This document shows positions 61,617 through 64,000 of a stretch of DNA of 64,000 nucleotides, in pieces (positions within the stretch are counted from its first letter, which is position 1; the number at the start of each line of letters is the position of its first letter). This DNA is from Pseudomonadales bacterium. GTDB lineage: Bacteria > Pseudomonadota > Gammaproteobacteria > Pseudomonadales > JBECKS01. A program made the translations under genes and the position numbers. The notes beneath the pieces were generated by a model. It did not search any database, was not told the DNA's origin, and worked only from the letters and a program-made list of their open reading frames with translations. The stretch spans positions 2,926,917 through 2,990,916 of the forward strand of contig OZ245031.1 in assembly GCA_965223975.1 (NCBI GenBank). The letters are read 5' to 3'.

Positions 61617-62711
61617 ATGTCAGATACCAATAGCAGCGACGATAAATTAAAAACAGTTCGCAAAGAGATTGATGCAATCGATCAGCAGTTGCTTAAGCTC
61701 TTCAGTGATCGTGCGCGCTGCGCGGAAAAGGTGGCTGAGATTAAATTAGCAGCCGAAGGTGATAAAGCTGTTTTTTATCGCGCCGAACGAGAAGCTCAAG
61801 TCTTGCGTAAAGTGATGGGCGATAACCAGGGGCCCTTACCTGATAAAACAGTGGCCTTTTTGTTTCGCGAATTGATGTCTGCTTGTTTGGCCCTTGAGCT
61901 TCCGGTTAAGGTTGCTTATCTAGGACCTGAAGGGACATTCTGCCAATCGGCTGCCTTAAAGCAGTTTGGGCATGGCGCTGATGCTAAGGGCCTGGCTGCA
62001 ATCGATGAAGTGTTTCGAGACGTTGAGAGTAAGTCTGTCGACTATGGTGTCGTGCCTGTTGAAAATTCCACAGAAGGTATGGTTAATCAAACACTCGATT
62101 GTTTGATTGATTCAAGTGTTAAAATTTGTGGTGAGGTTGAACTAAGGATTCATCATCATTTTTTAGTTAAAGATGGTTCTGGAATACAAAGGGTGTACTC
62201 CCATCAGCAATCTTTGGCCCAATGTAGAAAATGGCTAGACGCGAATTTTCCTAATATCGAACGGGTTGCGGTTAGCAGTAATGCTGAGGCTGCTCGTTTG
62301 GCTTCGAATGAAGAGGGCGCTGCGGCTATTGCTAGCGATATAGCTGCTGAAATCTATGGCTTAGATATCCGTAGTCATAAGATTGAAGATAACCCCAATA
62401 ACAGCACTCGCTTTTTAGTGATTGGCCATGGAGAAGTGGCGCCAAGTGGTAGTGACAAAACTTCTTTTGTGGTGTCCATGCGTAATAAGCCAGGTGCTTT
62501 GTATGAGCTGCTAGAGCCTTTCCATTCAAATGGTATTAGCCTGACCCGAATAGAGACAAGACCGGCTCGCGATGGCGCGTGGGCTTATGTGTTCTTTATT
62601 GATTTCGAAGGCCATCAAGATGACGAGCCTGCTGCTACGGTTTTAAGAGATCTCGAGAATGAAGTCGTCGAATTAAGACGCTTTGGCTCTTATCCTAAGG
62701 CGGTTATCTAA
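61617..62711 (+). CDS. pheA: Bifunctional chorismate mutase / prephenate dehydratase (P-protein)
   Basis: 364 aa with an N-terminal CM domain (LKTVRKEIDAIDQQLLKLFSDRA), a PDT domain (VAYLGPEGTF) and an ACT domain (NSTRFLVIG, LTRIETRPAR). Confidence 0.93.
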   Translation: MSDTNSSDDKLKTVRKEIDAIDQQLLKLFSDRARCAEKVAEIKLAAEGDKAVFYRAEREAQVLRKVMGDNQGPLPDKTVAFLFRELMSACLALELPVKVAYLGPEGTFCQSAALKQFGHGADAKGLAAIDEVFRDVESKSVDYGVVPVENSTEGMVNQTLDCLIDSSVKICGEVELRIHHHFLVKDGSGIQRVYSHQQSLAQCRKWLDANFPNIERVAVSSNAEAARLASNEEGAAAIASDIAAEIYGLDIRSHKIEDNPNNSTRFLVIGHGEVAPSGSDKTSFVVSMRNKPGALYELLEPFHSNGISLTRIETRPARDGAWAYVFFIDFEGHQDDEPAATVLRDLENEVVELRRFGSYPKAVI

Positions 62712-62753
62712 CCCATATTGCTGCGCTAAGTAAAATTCCTAAAGAGAACAAAT

Positions 62754-63890
62754 ATGACACAAGATATCTATCAGTTAGCTAATACTGGTGTACAGGGTTT
62801 GCATCCTTATGCGCCGGGTAAGCCTATGGATGAGTTGGCTAGAGAGCTTGGCTTAGAATTGGATAGCATTGTTAAACTTGCAAGCAATGAAAACCCTTTA
62901 GGGTGCAGTGAAAAAGTTAAGCAAGCGATACGTCAGGCCAGTGGTGAGTTAACCCTTTACCCTGATGGGAATGGTTTTGCATTGAAGCAAGCTATTCTGA
63001 ACTATCATGCAGAGCGTGGTGTTAGTCTTGAGCAAGAAAATGTGCTTTTAGGTAATGGCTCAAACGATGTTTTGGAGCTGGTTGCTCGTTCCTTTTTAAA
63101 TGAAGACGCTGAAGCGATTTTTTCTGAATATGCTTTTGCTGTTTATCCAATTGCGGTTCAAGCAGTGTCAGCTAGTGCCAAGATTTCTCCCGCGAAAAAT
63201 TGGGGTCACGACTTGGATGCCATGCTTGGCTTAGTGAGTGATAAAACCAAGGTCGTTTTTATTGCTAATCCAAATAACCCTACCGGCACGTGGTTAGCTA
63301 AAGACGAGATTCTTAAGTTCTTACATGCTTTACCAAGTCATATTATTGTTGTACTTGATGAAGCTTATTTTGAGTATGTACAAGAAGGTGAATATCCTAA
63401 TGGCGCCGAGCTACTAAAAGACTTTCCAAATCTTATTGTGACTCGTACCTTTTCTAAAGCTTATGGTTTGGCGGGTTTGCGTATTGGATACGGTCTAGCT
63501 GGAAAAGAAATTATTGATATTTTAAATCGTGTTCGACAACCCTTTAATGTGAACGCCATGGCTATGGCAGGAGCTTGTGCAGCTCTTAATGATCAAGAAT
63601 TTATTCAGCAATCTATCGATTGCAATACCAAAGGGCTTAAGTTTCTAGCAGAGCAGTTAGATCAAATGGGACTGTCTTATATTGACAGCGTGGCTAATTT
63701 TTTAAGTATTGATTTGGGTAGCGAAGAGAAAGCCGCGGCAGCAAACGACTATCTTCTTAAGAATGGTCTTATAGTTCGCTCAATAGCGGTTTATAACATG
63801 CCTAGCTATTTGCGGATTACCATTGGAAGCCAAGAGCAGAATGAAAACTTTATTCGTTTGCTGAATGAGTTTTTGGCCGGAGATAAATAG
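62754..63890 (+). CDS. hisC: Histidinol-phosphate / aromatic aminotransferase (class II)
   Basis: 378 aa with LASNENPLG, PNNPTG and the PLP-Lys motif RTFSKAYGLAGLRIGY. It follows pheA, as the Pseudomonas hisC2 does. Confidence 0.88.
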   Translation: MTQDIYQLANTGVQGLHPYAPGKPMDELARELGLELDSIVKLASNENPLGCSEKVKQAIRQASGELTLYPDGNGFALKQAILNYHAERGVSLEQENVLLGNGSNDVLELVARSFLNEDAEAIFSEYAFAVYPIAVQAVSASAKISPAKNWGHDLDAMLGLVSDKTKVVFIANPNNPTGTWLAKDEILKFLHALPSHIIVVLDEAYFEYVQEGEYPNGAELLKDFPNLIVTRTFSKAYGLAGLRIGYGLAGKEIIDILNRVRQPFNVNAMAMAGACAALNDQEFIQQSIDCNTKGLKFLAEQLDQMGLSYIDSVANFLSIDLGSEEKAAAANDYLLKNGLIVRSIAVYNMPSYLRITIGSQEQNENFIRLLNEFLAGDK

Positions 63891-63904
63891 AGTTTAATTT
63901 GGAT

Positions 63905-64000
63905 ATGAATAAGCCAGTGTTGTTTAACAAGGTGAGTATCATCGGTCTAGGACTCATAGGGGGCTCCTTTGCCAAAGCAATACGTGAACATAATCTTTGC
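63905..64000 (+). CDS. Prephenate/arogenate dehydrogenase (TyrA-like), 5' end only
   Basis: Partial 32 aa, MNKPVLFNKVSIIGLGLIGGSFAKAIREHNLC, with a Rossmann GxGxxG. Its position after pheA-hisC fits. It is truncated by the window edge. Confidence 0.6.
   Translation, partial: MNKPVLFNKVSIIGLGLIGGSFAKAIREHNLC

Noticed and set aside
1-64000. A search for mobile elements, CRISPR arrays, tRNA/rRNA genes and defence-system-like gene clusters.
   Set aside because: I found no transposase, integrase or recombinase-like ORF and no regularly spaced repeat array. No cloverleaf-capable intergenic segment stood out, and no ORF shows nuclease, ATPase or methyltransferase defence hallmarks. The window is dominated by conserved housekeeping operons.

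Overview
This is a 64-kb chromosomal core segment of a Gammaproteobacterium. Gene order closely follows the Pseudomonas/Oceanospirillales pattern as I recall it. I saw no rRNA, tRNA, CRISPR array, transposase, integrase or phage gene. Coding density is high, and nearly all of the short antisense ORFs in the track are shadow frames.

Left to right the window contains:
- nth and rnfEGDCBA on the minus strand
- a secreted acidic protein plus mfd
- a lipid-metabolism block: two tandem acyl-CoA dehydrogenases, a formyltransferase-like gene, a 1641-aa all-in-one biotin carboxylase, an RhlG-like SDR and an NMO/FabK-family flavoprotein
- DUF2062 and comEC
- exbB-exbD-msbA-lpxK-ycaR-kdsB-ptp-murB
- rne, a 0.9-kb structured spacer, then rluC and a HAD hydrolase
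- an apparent accessory insert: two paralogous beta-lactamase-fold hydrolases, a GST-like gene, a small hypothetical, and a TetR / ferredoxin-reductase / desaturase module resembling DesT-DesCB
- maf coupled to a GH31 lipoprotein
- yceD-rpmF-plsX-fabD-fabG-acpP-fabF-pabC-mltG-tmk-holB-pilZ, with no fabH
- an outer-membrane barrel candidate, then gyrA-pheA-hisC and the 5' end of a tyrA-like gene

The strongest novelty candidate is the 1641-aa single-chain carboxylase at 15185-20110. Its domain order is AccA-like, a ~560-aa unassignable insert, AccD-like, biotin carboxylase, then BCCP. Its lipid-gene neighbourhood adds to the interest.

The second candidate is a lipoprotein GH31 that carries the full sulfoquinovosidase residue signature. 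It has no sulfoglycolysis genes nearby and is translationally coupled to maf.

Several candidate operators, terminators and small tandem repeats are also reported. All similarity statements come from reading motifs in the translations and from memory of reference proteins. No database search was run.
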